Assembly: GCA_964464625.1 (NCBI GenBank) | Contig: CAYXKD010000004.1 | Location: 6,966 to 70,965 of the forward strand | Origin: an uncultured Syntrophomonadaceae bacterium | GTDB taxonomy: Bacteria > Bacillota > Dethiobacteria > DTU022 | Length of the DNA stretch: 64,000 nucleotides | Reading direction: 5' to 3' | Shown here: positions 45,275 to 55,587 of the stretch, in pieces | Position numbering within the stretch: the stretch's first letter is position 1 | Layout of the letters: every line of letters starts with the position of its first letter | Made by a program: the position numbers and the translations under genes | Notes under the pieces: model-generated | Databases searched by the model: none | The model's input: the letters and a program-made list of their open reading frames with translations, nothing else | What the model was told of the DNA's origin: nothing

Positions 45275-45940
45275 TTATTTTTTGATCTTGCCGACAACGA
45301 GTTCCATTGTTTTATCGGCAACTTTGCTTCCGTCATTGAGCAGGTGATCCATCTCCTTGTTTACCCCGTCCACGAATTCCACATCCTTGATTGCGCCCAG
45401 GTTGATGATCACATTAAGGTAGGCGCTCTGCAGGGCCGCCTTCAGAAAGACCACACCGCAGCCCACATCGGAGATGGCCAGCATGGAGCCGATCTCGCCC
45501 ATGCGCTCATGGATTTTGATTCCCCGGTAAGCCTGGCGCATAATCTCCAGCGGGACTGCCAGGGCCACCTTGGAGCATTCCTCCAGGGTCTTTTCTTTGT
45601 GGGCCGCCTCTTCAGGGGTATTCTTCGGCAATCCATAGGCCGCGGCCAGCGGCTTGAAACCTTCGGCATCCTCATCCACCAGCGCCTTCAGGCGGTCGAT
45701 GATCCCGTAGCCCTCCTCGAGAAGAGCCTTAACTTCATCCTCCACGTCGGCATATCTTTTCTTGCCCACCGTGAGGTTGGCCACCATGTTGGAGAGAGCC
45801 ATCCCGATGGCTCCGCCCATGGCGGCCGCTCCCCCCCCTCCCGGAGTGGGAGCCTTTGATGCAAGCACATCCAAAAAATGATCGCAGCTGTTTGATGACA
45901 TGGCCATAACTAACATCCTCCTTAATTTTTTATTTTCCAT
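45275..45940 (-). CDS. fchA: Formiminotetrahydrofolate cyclodeaminase / methenyl-THF cyclohydrolase (FtcD C-terminal domain family)
   Basis: Cyclodeaminase-family all-helical domain (...PTPGGGGAAAMGGAIGMALSNMV...). Confidence 0.75.
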   Translation of the reverse strand: MENKKLRRMLVMAMSSNSCDHFLDVLASKAPTPGGGGAAAMGGAIGMALSNMVANLTVGKKRYADVEDEVKALLEEGYGIIDRLKALVDEDAEGFKPLAAAYGLPKNTPEEAAHKEKTLEECSKVALAVPLEIMRQAYRGIKIHERMGEIGSMLAISDVGCGVVFLKAALQSAYLNVIINLGAIKDVEFVDGVNKEMDHLLNDGSKVADKTMELVVGKIKK

Positions 45941-46027
45941 ACTTCGCGCTGTAAATTATATCCTGGTGTAAACTTTATTTTACCTTACCCCGCACAGTGT
46001 GAATAAGTGTGCTCCTTTTTGCCGGCG

Positions 46028-46951
46028 CTATTTGTATCTAAAGACGAGGCGGTGGGCCAGTTCACGCAGCAGATCCGCCCGCTGCTCCAGGGCATCCAGA
46101 GAGGCCAGCGCTTCGCGGTAAAGCTCTTCAGCACGCCGCCGCGCCGCTTCAGCGCCCAGCAGAGCCGGAAAGGTGGCCTTTTCACGGGCCCGGTCCGCAC
46201 CTGTCTCCTTGCCCATGAGGGCGGCGTCACCTTCCATATCGAGCAGGTCATCGGTGATCTGGAAAGCCCGCCCCAGGCAGGAGCTGTAACGGCCAAGAGC
46301 CTTCATCTGCACAGGCGAGGCTCCCGCAGCGATGGCACCGCAGCGCACCGCCGCCTGCAGCAGGGCGCCTGTCTTCAGGCTGTCTATCCGTTCAAGCTCT
46401 GCCGGCTCCATCTTTTTCCCCTCAGACTCAAGATCCAAAACCTGTCCCGCAACCATCCCCTCCGCCCCGGCGGCCCCGGCCAGCTCCAGCCCGATCTTCA
46501 GTGCAGGCTCAGAGCGGCCCTTCTCCAGACCGTACGAGGCAATAAGTTCAAAAGCAAGGGTCAACAGCGCATCTCCGGCCAAAATGGCCATAGCTTCACC
46601 GAAAACCCGGTGGCAGGTGGGCCTGCCTCTGCGCAGATCGCTGTCATCCATGGCCGGAAGGTCGTCATGGATGAGTGAATAAGTATGAATGAGTTCCAGG
46701 GCCAAAGCCACGGGCAGCACCTTCTCACCGGGAAAGCCCAGCGTCTCCGCTGCAGCCATGGCCAGCAGCGGGCGCAGCCTCTTGCCTCCTGCGGTGACGC
46801 TGTGAAACATTGCCTCCCGCAGGCGGGCAGGCTTTCCCGGCTGCTCTAAAAGTTCGACCAGGGCTTTCTCCACCGCTTTGCGCTGCCGCTCCAGGTAAGA
46901 CCCCGGATCAGAAATCTCCACCGGCACCGCCAGCGGTTTCGCCGGGTTCAC
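46028..46951 (-). CDS. ispA: Farnesyl diphosphate synthase (polyprenyl synthetase)
   Basis: FARM (LIHDDLPAMDDSDLRRG) and SARM (FQITDDLLD) motifs. GTG start overlapping the xseB end; ORF track over-extends to 47107. Confidence 0.85.
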   Translation of the reverse strand: MNPAKPLAVPVEISDPGSYLERQRKAVEKALVELLEQPGKPARLREAMFHSVTAGGKRLRPLLAMAAAETLGFPGEKVLPVALALELIHTYSLIHDDLPAMDDSDLRRGRPTCHRVFGEAMAILAGDALLTLAFELIASYGLEKGRSEPALKIGLELAGAAGAEGMVAGQVLDLESEGKKMEPAELERIDSLKTGALLQAAVRCGAIAAGASPVQMKALGRYSSCLGRAFQITDDLLDMEGDAALMGKETGADRAREKATFPALLGAEAARRRAEELYREALASLDALEQRADLLRELAHRLVFRYK

Positions 46952-47189
46952 CGGGCTCTCCGCCGCCCTCCCCCTCCGCCTCCTGCTCCTCCTTGAGAAG
47001 GTATTCCACCTGAAATTCGATTTCAGCCAGTTTTTCACGACAGTAGCGGGAAAGGCGCACTCCCTCCTTGAAACCTGCCAGCGCCTCCTCCAGGGGTATA
47101 TCCTCATTTTCCAGACGCGCCACGATCTCCTCGAGGCGCTTCATGGCCTCTTCATAAGAGAGATTTTCTTCTTTTTCTTCAGGGGACAA
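46908..47189 (-). CDS. xseB: Exodeoxyribonuclease VII small subunit
   Basis: XseB coiled-coil homology (LSYEEAMKRLEEIVARLE). Confidence 0.9.
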   Translation of the reverse strand: MSPEEKEENLSYEEAMKRLEEIVARLENEDIPLEEALAGFKEGVRLSRYCREKLAEIEFQVEYLLKEEQEAEGEGGGEPGEPGETAGGAGGDF

Positions 47190-48411
47190 GTTCAGGACCC
47201 TCCTCCAACTCTTCAGTGCGGCAGCGGGCGCTGCCGTTGCGGAAACGCAGCTGCAGGCGCTGTCCCACCTGCAACTCTTTTATGGATCGAATTACATTGC
47301 CCTTATCATCCTGGCAGTAGCTGTAGCCCCGGGCCATCAATTTCAAGGGACTGGACCCTTCAAGCTTATCCCCCAGCACCGCCAGTTGCAACCCTTTCAA
47401 CTCCAGGTAGCGCAGTATGGAGCGGCGCATCCTTTCATCAAGGGAGGCGCGGCGCTCCCCCGCTCTTTGCACCCTTTCCAGGGGGCGGCGGTAAAAACGG
47501 GCCGTCATCGTATAATCGAGCAGCTGCTTTTCCTGCAGCAGCCGCTGCTGCAGCGCCAGCGCACTTCTCTCCTCCAACCCCCTGATCTGCCTGAGCAGCT
47601 CATCGTAACGCGGCAGCGCAGCCGCCGCAGCGGCTGTAGGGGTGGCAGCCCGCAAATCGGAGACAAAGTCGGCAATGGTAAAGTCAGTTTCATGGCCCAC
47701 GGCGGAGATAACGGGCAGGCGGGAGCTGAAAATCGCCCGGGCCACCTTCTCGGTATTGAAAGGAAGCAGATCCTCCAGGGAACCGCCGCCGCGGGCGATA
47801 ATGATGAGCTCCACGCCCGCCATGCTGTTCAGCCGCTCAATGGCGCGGGCAATATCATCGGGGGCGCCGCTACCCTGCATCAGGCTTTCCGCAACGATGA
47901 TCCGGACATAGGGAAAACGCTGCCTCACCGTTGTGAGGATATCCTGCAGCGCCGCCCCGGTGGGCGAGGTGATGAGTGCAATACAGCGCGGCAGTTTGGG
48001 CAGCGGCTGCTTGTGCCCGTCGCGAAAAAGCCCTTCCTCTTCAAGTTTCTTCTTAAGCTGTTCAAAAGCCAGGTAGAGTGAGCCCATTCCCGCCGGCTCC
48101 ATCTCTGTCACATATAACTGGTAGGCGCCGCCGGGCTCGTACACGGAGACGCTGCCGGATATGAGAAGTTCCATCCCATCAGCAGGCTGAAAGAGGCAGC
48201 GCTGATTTTCACGTCGGAAAAAGACGCAGCGCAGCGAGGCGGAGCTGTCCTTGACGGTAAAGTACATGTGCCCTGAGCGATGGTGAGTGAAATTGGAAAG
48301 CTCCCCCGCCACCCAGATGTCGCGGAGGCGGGGGTCGCCCTGGATCAGCCCTTTGATGATCCGGTTAATTTCCGATACCGTATATACGGGAGTGCCATTC
48401 TGCATTTTCAA
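47179..48411 (-). CDS. xseA: Exodeoxyribonuclease VII large subunit
   Basis: OB-fold N-terminus and catalytic domain homology. Confidence 0.9.
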   Translation of the reverse strand: MKMQNGTPVYTVSEINRIIKGLIQGDPRLRDIWVAGELSNFTHHRSGHMYFTVKDSSASLRCVFFRRENQRCLFQPADGMELLISGSVSVYEPGGAYQLYVTEMEPAGMGSLYLAFEQLKKKLEEEGLFRDGHKQPLPKLPRCIALITSPTGAALQDILTTVRQRFPYVRIIVAESLMQGSGAPDDIARAIERLNSMAGVELIIIARGGGSLEDLLPFNTEKVARAIFSSRLPVISAVGHETDFTIADFVSDLRAATPTAAAAAALPRYDELLRQIRGLEERSALALQQRLLQEKQLLDYTMTARFYRRPLERVQRAGERRASLDERMRRSILRYLELKGLQLAVLGDKLEGSSPLKLMARGYSYCQDDKGNVIRSIKELQVGQRLQLRFRNGSARCRTEELEEGPELVP

Positions 48412-48453
48412 AGATAGCCCCCCCGGCCCGAAGCCAGGACAGCGCTCACTTTC

Positions 48454-50466
48454 TCACCGCCCCTCTGTCAGCCGGAGGATCTCCTCCTGAAGATCCTGAA
48501 AGGTTTTATGCTCTACCGAACCGCCCATGACCCCGGAGAGGGCGGCGATAACGTGCCAATCGGGCCAGATATCGCCTGCGGCGCCCGGTGCGGCGAGATT
48601 CTGCCGCAGCTCTCCGGCGCTGTTTGTAAAAGATCCCTCTTTCAGGTGGAGCGGTGTTGCCGGGAAGACCACGTTCGCCTCCGGCGGGACAGCATCCTTT
48701 GAATTGCAGAGCACCACCAGAAATTCCAGGCCCGGGGGCGGCGGCGCGGCCATTCCATCCAGCACCGCTAAAAGAGCTCTGATCTCACCCTTTTCCACCG
48801 CGGCCACAATCTGCTCCTTATTGAATCCCGCCTTGCCGTTCAAAGGTAGGGATCCGGGCAACAGGTCCGGCGCTCCCCCGGCTTCGAGGATGCCGCGGGC
48901 ATTGCCCTCTTCAGCGAGGAAGAGGATGCCGCTCCGTCCCCGTTCAAGCTGCCCGGCAGCCTGTGCCGCCTCCAAAAACGGATTGATCCAGATGCTGCCT
49001 GCCATCTTGAAAAAGGAGGGGCAGACAATAATAACATTATGACCACGCCCCAGGAGCTGTGCGGCTTTAAGCAGGTCCTCCTCCCTGAGGCCTGTCAATC
49101 TGATAAGATCTGCTGCCTTTTCACCCTGCGTCAGGGCGGTCAGAGCCCGGAAAAGGTCCCCTTCCGTCCCCTCCCGGGGCTGCAGCACCAGCCTGTCCCA
49201 TGCATCCAGCTCTCTCCCCGCCGGGTTCACCTGTATCAGCACAGTGCCGCCCAGGCGGCAGGCCTGCTCCACAGCCATCGCTGCAACAGGGTTGGTGGCG
49301 GCAAGATCTTTGCCCAGGACAAGGATGGCGCCGGCCTTTTTCAGATCCTCAAAGGAAGGGCCGGAAATACCCGGGCCGGTAATGTCCCGGAGAGCGCAGA
49401 GCGCCTCAGCCAGATGGGGATCCACTCCCAGGTCCACATGAGCCGTTTCCATGCTCTCGCGAGCCAGTTTCTGCAGAAGATAGCTCTCTTCATTGCTGCA
49501 GCGCCCGCCGGCGATGACCGCCAGGGCGTCGGGGTTTCTTCTCTTCTTTATATCCAGAAAGGTCTGGCCCGCCACCTGCAAAGCCTCTTCGTAACGGGCT
49601 TCCCTTAATCCGCCTTCATCGCGGATCAGCGGCGTCATGAGGCGCTCATTATCCGCACCGGCGGCCTTGTTGAATTTCCCTTTCTGGCAGAGCCAGCCGC
49701 TCTCCTCCGTTCCCGTCACCCGGGCCAGTTTTTCTCCGGCAAAGTGGCGGTTAACAGGACAGCCCAGCGAGCATTCAAGGCAGACCCCGCTAAAAGGATG
49801 AAGCTCCCACTCCCGTCCGGCGGCGGTGCGATCCCTTTCCGTAAGGGCGCCCACGGGGCAGACATCAACACACTGCCCGCAGAATATGCAGCCCGCCTCC
49901 TCGAGAGTGACAGCTTCACCCGCGCTATAGGGGGTGATCCGGCTCTCAATACCGCCGCTGAGCAGCCCGAAGACATTGCGGCCGGCATAGTCACGGCAGA
50001 CCCTGAGGCAGCGCCCGCAGAGGATGCATTTGGACTCGTCACGAACAATATAAGGATTATCGTCACTGGTCACAGGGAGCGCCCGGAGCAGCTCCGGCAG
50101 CTCCACCTGCCAGTTATAGGTTCTCTCCTGCAGGTCGCAGGCTCCGCTCTTTTCGCAGGTGAGGCAATCAACATAGGGATGGTCTGAAAGCATGAGGGAG
50201 ATGATCTCTTTGCGCATCTCCTCAAGCCTGGGAGTGCTCGTCGTTACAACCATGCCCTCCTGGACCTCATTGTCGCAGGAGGTCACCGGCGCCGCCACAC
50301 CCTCCACATCCACGATACAGAGCCGGCAGTGGCCCAGCGGCCTTAACCGGGGGTGGTAGCAGAGCGCAGGTATTTCAATGCCACTTTTGCGGGCCGCCTC
50401 CAGTATGGTTGTCCCGGCGGCGGCATGAATGCGCTTACCATCAATGGTTAATGAAACAACTTTCAT
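48454..50466 (-). CDS. SfrA/NuoG-like Fe-S subunit: 2Fe-2S ferredoxin, 4Fe-4S clusters and molybdopterin-oxidoreductase-like domain lacking an obvious Mo-ligand Cys
   Basis: N-terminal CxxC...C 2Fe-2S, two ferredoxin CxxCxxCxxxCP motifs, then an Fdh-alpha-like domain. Confidence 0.65.
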   Translation of the reverse strand: MKVVSLTIDGKRIHAAAGTTILEAARKSGIEIPALCYHPRLRPLGHCRLCIVDVEGVAAPVTSCDNEVQEGMVVTTSTPRLEEMRKEIISLMLSDHPYVDCLTCEKSGACDLQERTYNWQVELPELLRALPVTSDDNPYIVRDESKCILCGRCLRVCRDYAGRNVFGLLSGGIESRITPYSAGEAVTLEEAGCIFCGQCVDVCPVGALTERDRTAAGREWELHPFSGVCLECSLGCPVNRHFAGEKLARVTGTEESGWLCQKGKFNKAAGADNERLMTPLIRDEGGLREARYEEALQVAGQTFLDIKKRRNPDALAVIAGGRCSNEESYLLQKLARESMETAHVDLGVDPHLAEALCALRDITGPGISGPSFEDLKKAGAILVLGKDLAATNPVAAMAVEQACRLGGTVLIQVNPAGRELDAWDRLVLQPREGTEGDLFRALTALTQGEKAADLIRLTGLREEDLLKAAQLLGRGHNVIIVCPSFFKMAGSIWINPFLEAAQAAGQLERGRSGILFLAEEGNARGILEAGGAPDLLPGSLPLNGKAGFNKEQIVAAVEKGEIRALLAVLDGMAAPPPPGLEFLVVLCNSKDAVPPEANVVFPATPLHLKEGSFTNSAGELRQNLAAPGAAGDIWPDWHVIAALSGVMGGSVEHKTFQDLQEEILRLTEGR

Positions 50467-50486
50467 TTCTTATCCCCTCCTCCCGG

Positions 50487-52448
50487 TTATATTACAGCCA
50501 GACCCAGGCGCAGGCAGCTGGCGCAGCGCCCCGCTTCACGCAGCGCTACAGGCGGCCCGTCAAAACCCAGTTCCGCTTCGGAAAATCCTTTTATTCTTTC
50601 AGCAACAGGTGCGCAGGCTTCATGCTCCCGAGGCAGGTTGCCGATAAGCGGCGGCTTCTCGGCAGGATTGTACACACCTGTCTTTTCCACAAAATTCTCC
50701 ATGGCCAGCTGCTGCGAGACAGCCACTTCCCCTCTGCTCAGGTAGCTGTCAAGGGCCTCCACAGCCTTGTTGGCCGAGGCTATGGCCTCGATAACGGTGC
50801 GGGCGCCGAGCACTGTGTCGCCTGCGGCAAAGACGCCGGGCGCCGTTGTGGCCATGGTCAGCGGATCGGCGGCGATAACGCCGCGCTCCGTAAGCTCCAC
50901 GCCGCTGTCAGCGGTCAGGAAACTGAGGTCGGCCACCTGGCCGATGGCCGGCACGATCATATCCACATCGAGAATGAATTCCGATCCTTTCACCGGCACG
51001 GGACGGCGCCGGCCGCTGCTGTCCGGTTCGCCCAGCTCCATGCGGATGCATTCCATGCCCACAACGCGGCCCTCTTCGGCGAGAATCCGCGTGGGGTTGG
51101 CCAGCAGGTGAAATCTCACTCCCTCTTCCTCGGCGGCGACGATCTCCGCCACATTGGCGGGCATCTCGGCGCGGGAGCGGCGGTAGACCAGGTAGACCTC
51201 TTCAATGCCCAGGCGCAGCGAGGAGCGGGCGCAGTCCATGGCCACGTTGCCCCCGCCGATGACGGCGACGCGCCTCCCCAGCTCCATCTCCTGGTGCAAG
51301 TTCACGCGGCGCAAATATTCAACCCCCGGGAAGAAGCCCCTGTACCCGGCATCTTCGCCTTCCACCCGCATGGAGGAGCTCTCGTGCAGACCTGTGGCAA
51401 TAAGTACGGCCGCATATCCGTCGCGGCGCAGCTCCTCAAAAGTGATATCCTGACCGATCCGCGTGTTCAGCCTGATCTCCACGCCCAGGGATTTGACCAG
51501 GTCGATTTCACCGTTCAGGATGTCCCGCGGCAGCCGGTAACTGGGAATGCCCACCGCCAGCATCCCGCCGGCCACGGGCAGGGCCTCAAAAATCGTGACG
51601 CGGTAACCCTTGCGGGCCAGCTGGTAAGCGGCGTTCAGTCCCGCCGGGCCCGCTCCGATCACGGCCACTTTTTTGGCGTCAGGAGCGACTATTACCGCCG
51701 GATCAAGGGGGATACCGCTATTTTTCACCTCAAAATCGGCCACAAATCTTTTCAATACCCGGATGGATACAGCATCGTCAAGAGGCCGGCGGCGGCAGTT
51801 GTCCTCGCAGGGATGCACGCAGACCCTGCCCAGCACCCCCACCAGGGGTGTTTTTTCGCGAATAACAGCGAGAGATTCTTCGTAAAACCCGCCGCTGATC
51901 ATCCCCACGTACAGGGGAATATCCACATGAGCAGGACAGCCGTTCCGGCAGGGGGCCGTTAAGAGGGAGCGGTAGATAAGACCATTGTCTGCCGCCCTTT
52001 CCGGTGAGCCCAGGAGGGCTTCAAAGTCGCTGCGAAAATGTTCAAGAGCATGGAGCAGGGGTACCGGTGCAGACTGGCCCAGTTCGCAAAGCGAGCTCTC
52101 CTTGACCATCCGCCCCAGGCGCTCCAGCACAATGAGATCAACCTCAGTCCCCTTCCCCCCGGCCAGTTTCTCCAGATGATTGTAGATCACGCGTGTGCCG
52201 ACCCGGCAAGGTACGCAGCGGCCGCATGATTCCTGCTGCACCACTTTGAAATACTGCCGCAAGGCCTCCACAATATTAACCTGCGGATCAATGAGCACCA
52301 GTCCCGCCCAACCCAGAAAGGCTTTCAGCGGCGCACCCTCCAATTCCGCAGGCAGTTTCAGTTCAGCCAGATCCAGCCGCTCAGCGGGATCTTTTTCTCG
52401 TTCGTCAATTATCTCATTTTTCCAGCTGCTGAATAAAATTTTAGCCAT
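50487..52448 (-). CDS. SfrB/GltD-like NAD(P)H-binding subunit (NuoF-like 4Fe-4S N-terminus fused to a glutamate-synthase-small-subunit-like FAD/NAD(P) oxidoreductase)
   Basis: CGRCVPCRVG NuoF-type motif, two ferredoxin Cys clusters, two Rossmann GxGxxG motifs. Confidence 0.65.
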   Translation of the reverse strand: MAKILFSSWKNEIIDEREKDPAERLDLAELKLPAELEGAPLKAFLGWAGLVLIDPQVNIVEALRQYFKVVQQESCGRCVPCRVGTRVIYNHLEKLAGGKGTEVDLIVLERLGRMVKESSLCELGQSAPVPLLHALEHFRSDFEALLGSPERAADNGLIYRSLLTAPCRNGCPAHVDIPLYVGMISGGFYEESLAVIREKTPLVGVLGRVCVHPCEDNCRRRPLDDAVSIRVLKRFVADFEVKNSGIPLDPAVIVAPDAKKVAVIGAGPAGLNAAYQLARKGYRVTIFEALPVAGGMLAVGIPSYRLPRDILNGEIDLVKSLGVEIRLNTRIGQDITFEELRRDGYAAVLIATGLHESSSMRVEGEDAGYRGFFPGVEYLRRVNLHQEMELGRRVAVIGGGNVAMDCARSSLRLGIEEVYLVYRRSRAEMPANVAEIVAAEEEGVRFHLLANPTRILAEEGRVVGMECIRMELGEPDSSGRRRPVPVKGSEFILDVDMIVPAIGQVADLSFLTADSGVELTERGVIAADPLTMATTAPGVFAAGDTVLGARTVIEAIASANKAVEALDSYLSRGEVAVSQQLAMENFVEKTGVYNPAEKPPLIGNLPREHEACAPVAERIKGFSEAELGFDGPPVALREAGRCASCLRLGLAVI

Positions 52449-52679
52449 ATTCCCCTCACTCCCTCAGGAAATAGCGGAGAGAAAGCTCTCCTCTTCCTTT
52501 TTTATATAAAACCGGCCAACCTCCTTTGCTCACATTCCCACTTTTTTGCAGCCCGGCGCCTCGCTGATATATGTTCCAGCACCAGACATCAGAGCAGATA
52601 ATATGATAATGGCTCCGGCACATACCTTAATTATGATTCGCCACATTTTGATTATTTTCCTCTTCACTGATGGATATTT

Positions 52680-53648
52680 CTATATTTTAATTACACCGGC
52701 CGCCCCGCAGCGCCGCGCCGCTATTACCGCCAGGCCGGCTCCATTATCCCCGGCGAATTCCGGCGAGGCAAAGTGAAATGGCGCGGCAGGCCCTTTTTCC
52801 ATGAGCCGTTGGCGGATAAAGGCATTTGCCGCCACACCGCCCACAACTAAAACAGCTTCGTATGTGTCATGATGGTATGATGCCTGAAGCGCCGCCGCCA
52901 GGGAATCGGCGATGCAGATCTCCACGGCGCGGGCCAGATCAGGGCCATGGCAGCCCTGCTGCAGCAACCTCCCGGCATGGCTGGCCGGTCCGGAGAAGCT
53001 CATCTCCGTTCCCTTTACGGCCAGGGGAAGGAGGATCGCCCCTGTTGTGCCCTGGCGGGCACACTTTTCCAGGGCGGGGCCTGCAGGAAAGGGAAATCCC
53101 AGGGAGAGGCCGATGCGATCGACAAACTGCCCTGCATTGAGATCTGTTGTGCCGCCCACAGGGGTGATCTCCAGGGCGCCCCCCTGCAGCTCGCTGACAG
53201 AGAGCAGCTCGGTAGTGCCGCCGGAAAGATGGATGGCCAGATAGCGCGCCGGGGGGAGGCCCGCCGACCAGAGGCCGGCGGCCAGATGGCCCTCCTGGTG
53301 GGAAAGGGCATAGAAGGGGATCCCCAGCGAAGAGGCGATGAGCGCGCCGGCAGTCTCGCTCACTTTGAATACCGGCATGTATGAGCCCGCCACAGGGCGC
53401 GGCCGGACCGCCGCGGCGGCCGCAGCCAGCGGTGTTTTCTTCAGGCAGGCGGCGCCCTCTTCCCAGAGCAGGGGCAGGTTCCTTACATGGGCAAACACCG
53501 CCTCAGACTGGCGCAGACCCAGCCCGCCCCGGTGCACCGGCAGCTGCCTGCGCCCATCCCAGATGAGCTTCTCCTCCCCATCGATAAGGGCCAGCGAGGT
53601 GGTGTAGGCCGAGCAGTCCACCCCTAAAAAAAGACCTTTATTTTTCAT
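52680..53648 (-). CDS. Kae1/TsaD-family (ASKHA) protein, divergent
   Basis: GVDCSAYTTSLALI N-terminus, HxxxH (SHQEGH), GGVAANAFIRQRL. Internal Met start at 53648 overlaps the nusB stop; ORF track over-extends to 53909. Confidence 0.6.
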   Translation of the reverse strand: MKNKGLFLGVDCSAYTTSLALIDGEEKLIWDGRRQLPVHRGGLGLRQSEAVFAHVRNLPLLWEEGAACLKKTPLAAAAAAVRPRPVAGSYMPVFKVSETAGALIASSLGIPFYALSHQEGHLAAGLWSAGLPPARYLAIHLSGGTTELLSVSELQGGALEITPVGGTTDLNAGQFVDRIGLSLGFPFPAGPALEKCARQGTTGAILLPLAVKGTEMSFSGPASHAGRLLQQGCHGPDLARAVEICIADSLAAALQASYHHDTYEAVLVVGGVAANAFIRQRLMEKGPAAPFHFASPEFAGDNGAGLAVIAARRCGAAGVIKI

Positions 53649-54054
53649 GGTCTGTACATTCAGCGGCAGCCCGATCAAGAACACCGTTGATGAAAGCAAC
53701 AGCTTCTTCACTGCTGCCGTATTTCTTCGCCAACTCCAGCGATTCGTTAATCGCCACCGCATTGGGAATATCGGGGCGGTGTAGAATCTCGAAAAGAGCG
53801 AGGCGCATGAGATTGCGGTCAACTGCGCAGAGGCGCTGCAGCTCCCAGTGGATGAGGTATTTCTGAATAAGGCGATCCACCTCGAGACGGTGAAAAACAG
53901 TCCCCTCAACCATTTCCCGGGAAAACTGCATCTCGCTCTCGCTCAGGCTTAACCCTTTCAGACTGTAGCGCAGGGCATGTTCAGTGGTGCATTTACCGAG
54001 GTCAATTTGAAAAAGAGCCTTGAAGGCCGCTTCACGGGCCAGGCGACGAGACAA
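53638..54054 (-). CDS. nusB: Transcription antitermination factor NusB
   Basis: NusB homology, 139 aa from TTG with RBS AGGAGG. ORF track gives 175 aa from an upstream ATG. Confidence 0.85.
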   Translation of the reverse strand: MSRRLAREAAFKALFQIDLGKCTTEHALRYSLKGLSLSESEMQFSREMVEGTVFHRLEVDRLIQKYLIHWELQRLCAVDRNLMRLALFEILHRPDIPNAVAINESLELAKKYGSSEEAVAFINGVLDRAAAECTDHEK

Positions 54055-54100
54055 TATGTTAGCCTCCTGAGTGGTGCATGTTCGGTATGTTCGTGTTCGG

Positions 54101-54298
54101 TCAAAAATCGCCCCGGGATGAAAAGAGACGTTCAAAAAACTTGCGAATGCTTTCATCGAATTCAAGCCGCCAACCGATGAAAACCCCCAGCGCGATAAAA
54201 GCGAAAATCAGCAGGGTTCCCCATCCATAGCTCAGCACCAGCAGGGCTGTAATAAGGCCTAAAATACCGCCTGTTATTTTTCCCCAGTGTTTCCCCAA
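54101..54298 (-). CDS. DUF2273 small membrane protein (alkaline-shock operon member)
   Basis: 65 aa with two TM helices; conserved partner of Asp23/AmaP. Confidence 0.7.
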   Translation of the reverse strand: MGKHWGKITGGILGLITALLVLSYGWGTLLIFAFIALGVFIGWRLEFDESIRKFFERLFSSRGDF

Positions 54299-54349
54299 GA
54301 AAACCCAGAAGTTAATTTTCGCTCCCCCCCATTCAACTTATTTGACCTT

Positions 54350-54886
54350 TTATTTGACCTTGACGGGAACCTGATCCAGGATAATATTCTCAACTTTAAC
54401 TTTCACTTCGCTGACAATGATGCCCGTGATCTCTTCGAGGTATTCTTTAACCTGCCGCTGCAGCTCACCGGCCAGTTCGGGCAAATTCTGATCAGGCAAA
54501 ACTCTCACTACCAGGTAGACAACCAGGCCCTGGGGAGTTCGGGCCACGCTCCGGCTGCTGTCCCGGATCCCCCTTACCTGCTGCAATACCCTTAATACCA
54601 TATTTTCCAGAGCGCTCAGTGTAATGCTCACTTCACCGAATTCCCCCACATGCAAAAGCGTATCCGGCTTTGGCCGGGGGGGTGAGCTAAATCCTATTAA
54701 AATGGGAATCAGGCCGGCCACGGTCAATGCACCGCCGGCATAAAGAAGGGCATTCCGCCCGTAAAGGCCGAGCAGGCCCGATCCATAGCCGCCAAGGGGC
54801 ATGTATATGGCCCCCAGCAGAAATATGCCTGTCCCCAACACCAACAAGCCAAGAAGAACGAGAAGAACCCGCCTGATTGCTTCCAT
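54350..54886 (-). CDS. amaP: Alkaline shock response membrane anchor protein AmaP
   Basis: N-terminal TM helices plus Asp23-binding C-terminal domain. Confidence 0.75.
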   Translation of the reverse strand: MEAIRRVLLVLLGLLVLGTGIFLLGAIYMPLGGYGSGLLGLYGRNALLYAGGALTVAGLIPILIGFSSPPRPKPDTLLHVGEFGEVSITLSALENMVLRVLQQVRGIRDSSRSVARTPQGLVVYLVVRVLPDQNLPELAGELQRQVKEYLEEITGIIVSEVKVKVENIILDQVPVKVK

Positions 54887-55071
54887 CGCTTTATATCAAC
54901 CCCTTGAGGTTTTTATTTAACAAGCGGGCCGGATCCCTGCTGTGCCGCGGCAGGAGCCCTCCATCAGGGCCGGGGAAGGAAGCCCCTTGCCCGGCGGCCC
55001 CACCGTGCCATGCCGTGCCCGGGCCGGCGGGCCCGGGGCAGGTGCGGCAACAGGGATCGGCCGGCCCCACC

Positions 55072-55476
55072 CTACTTCAGGTTCGATTCGTCTCCTTCGC
55101 CGCCCTTCTCCTTTGTGGGGAAACTCACGCCCTGAACATGCACATTTACCTGTAAAACCCTCAGTCCCGTCATCTCTTCTATCGCCTTTTTAACATTTTC
55201 CTGGATTCCCCAGGCAACATCGGGAATGCGCACGCCATAGGTAACGACGATATGCAGATCCACCTTCGCCTCTTCTGTGCCCACTTCCACCTTGACACCC
55301 TTGGAAAGGCTGCGGCGGCCCAGGACCTCGGCAATGCCGCCGGCAAAACCGCCGCTCATGGCCGAAACGCCCTCCACTTCCGTCGCCGCCAGCCCGGCAA
55401 TCACAGCTACAACATCATCGGCTATCCGAATCGTCCCGATATCGGTGCCTGCCGCCCCTTGTTCTTCCGTTGTCAT
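55072..55476 (-). CDS. Asp23/Gls24 family envelope stress protein
   Basis: Asp23 domain (IRIADDVVAVIAGLAATEVEGV...). Confidence 0.85.
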   Translation of the reverse strand: MTTEEQGAAGTDIGTIRIADDVVAVIAGLAATEVEGVSAMSGGFAGGIAEVLGRRSLSKGVKVEVGTEEAKVDLHIVVTYGVRIPDVAWGIQENVKKAIEEMTGLRVLQVNVHVQGVSFPTKEKGGEGDESNLK

Positions 55477-55587
55477 GCAATTTCCTCCTCCAGATAGAGA
55501 TTAAAAACACAGGAACTGCAATCATATTTCCGTCTAAAGGCAGCCCCCGCCGGCGGCGGCTGAAGGGTCCCTGCTTGCCGCCGGTTT

